Source: a virus
Reading direction: 5' to 3' (one strand)
Virus record (IMG/VR): IMGVR_UViG_3300010398_000002
Span: 1-64,000 of that record
Length of the DNA: 64,000 bases
In this document: piece by piece, positions 63,036-64,000 of the stretch
How the letters are laid out: the number at the start of each line of letters is the position of its first letter
Position numbering within the stretch: the first letter of the stretch is position 1
Notes under the pieces: generated by a model
What the model saw: the letters and a program-made list of their open reading frames with translations, nothing else
What the model was told of the DNA's origin: nothing
Databases searched by the model: none
Translations under genes and position numbers: made by a program

Positions 63036-64000
63036 GGCAACACCCCACTGGTCATATCCGGACGGGTGAGCGCCGCCAGGCGGGCCCGGTTCTTCAATGC
63101 CACCGCCATAGCATTCGGGTCCTGAGCCTGGACCGTCACAGCGCCGTTGAAGTTGGTAGACGAGTCCACGTGAGTGTTGATCACGGTGGCTGCCACGGCG
63201 CTCGCCTTGGACACGCCGGTAAGCGCCGCAAACGCTTCGCTGTTGGCTCGCTTCATGAGCGACAACAAGAACTCGGCACCGCGCTCGTTGAGCGGGAAGA
63301 CCGCCTCCGGACCACGCTCGGCAATGCCGATGATCTGCTGCTTGTTGAACAGCGCACCAGCGGCGTACCACGGCGGGCTGTGGCTGAACTCGAAGTTCAC
63401 CGCGCCGATCGGGTCGCCGTAGCGGGACTTGATGTAGTTGAGACCCCACTTCATCTGGGTGATCGGGTTGGTGCGCCAGTCCGCGCCGAAGTCGGCCATC
63501 TTGTTGCCAGGCAAGGACTGCGGGATGCCGTACGCAGAGGTCGCCGGGTCACCACCGACAGGGTTGATGGCGTTCTGGTTCCAGCCCGACTCGTTGTTCC
63601 AGAGCCGCACCAGAGCCGCGAACTCGTTGTCGCCCCAGCCATAGGCGGCCTTGATGTATGCCTTGGCCCAGTTCTGGTTCTTCTGCGGGGTGCCGACCGG
63701 GAGCGCAGTCGGGCTGATGATGTGCGGTGCTCCCCTGCGCTCCGCGCCGGTTACGCCGGTTACCGGATGGAACCCACCACCGGCACCGTAGTAGCCATAC
63801 TGGCCCTGCGGGTTGATGCCCATCGTGCCCGGCGTCGAGATCGGATTGCTGGCGCTCCCGGCTGGTGCGGCTCCGGGCAATCCGCCGCCGCCGCGCATGG
63901 CTTGTTGCTGTGCCCTGATGAGCGCCTGCTCCTGACTGATGATCCCGGCAAAGAACTTCTTCATGTCCCCGGAGGACTTGTCCCACGCACGCTGCAATAC
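63032..64000 (-). CDS. tape measure protein, C-terminal part with lysozyme-like/transglycosylase motif (5' end outside window)
   Basis: ...AYGWGDNEFAALVRLWNNESGWNQNAINPVGGDPATSAYGIPQSLPGNKM... resembles SLT-type domains embedded in actinophage TMPs. ORF open to the window edge. Confidence 0.7.
   Translation of the reverse strand, partial: VLQRAWDKSSGDMKKFFAGIISQEQALIRAQQQAMRGGGGLPGAAPAGSASNPISTPGTMGINPQGQYGYYGAGGGFHPVTGVTGAERRGAPHIISPTALPVGTPQKNQNWAKAYIKAAYGWGDNEFAALVRLWNNESGWNQNAINPVGGDPATSAYGIPQSLPGNKMADFGADWRTNPITQMKWGLNYIKSRYGDPIGAVNFEFSHSPPWYAAGALFNKQQIIGIAERGPEAVFPLNERGAEFLLSLMKRANSEAFAALTGVSKASAVAATVINTHVDSSTNFNGAVTVQAQDPNAMAVALKNRARLAALTRPDMTSGVLP

Noticed and set aside
62541-63449. 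Long N-terminal extensions of track ORFs 62541..63449, 62092..62691, 61043..62206, 58477..58875, 8092..9687, 21647..22555, 23203..23994
   Set aside because: Each has an internal ATG/GTG forming a 1- or 4-nt overlap (ATGA/GTGA/TGATG) with the upstream stop. The extensions overlap the upstream gene and read as Arg/Gly-rich junk.

Overview
High-GC double-stranded DNA actinobacteriophage (or prophage) segment, siphovirus-like because a tape-measure C-terminus is present. I saw no rRNA, tRNA, integrase, transposase or canonical CRISPR. There are three transcription blocks. (i) 1-34.8 kb, minus strand: replication/recombination genes (SLOG/DUF2493-like, DnaB, primase, gp32-like SSB, Pol III alpha, HNH, Cas4-like nuclease, RuvC-like, WhiB), then a TerS-like gene, about 13 kb of tail-fibre/collagen-like genes plus a lysis cassette, then TerL, portal, a 1096-aa ORF and a MuF-like gene that runs off the left edge and is absent from the supplied ORF track. 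This block is interrupted by small plus-strand islands. (ii) 35.3-58.3 kb, plus strand: about 45 mostly small genes. Many are built as promoter (TGTGGTATAGT-type extended -10), SD GAGGAGAAC, gene, hairpin+T-run modules. The block includes an 807-aa secreted Ig/prealbumin-repeat protein and an AAA+ ATPase. (iii) 58.5-64 kb, minus strand: tape-measure C-terminus and translationally coupled minor tail genes. The most unusual content is two long plus-strand-specific, C-rich arrays (about 1.9 kb and 1.1 kb) of degenerate ~33-nt direct repeats with core CCGTCACGAC. They flank a small island encoding a 237-aa protein with a Cas6/RAMP-like glycine-rich loop and an ArsR-like winged-helix protein. A 3-4-copy mini-array of the same motif sits just upstream of the promoter of the secreted-protein gene. 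All functions are inferred by eye from motifs; no database search was run.
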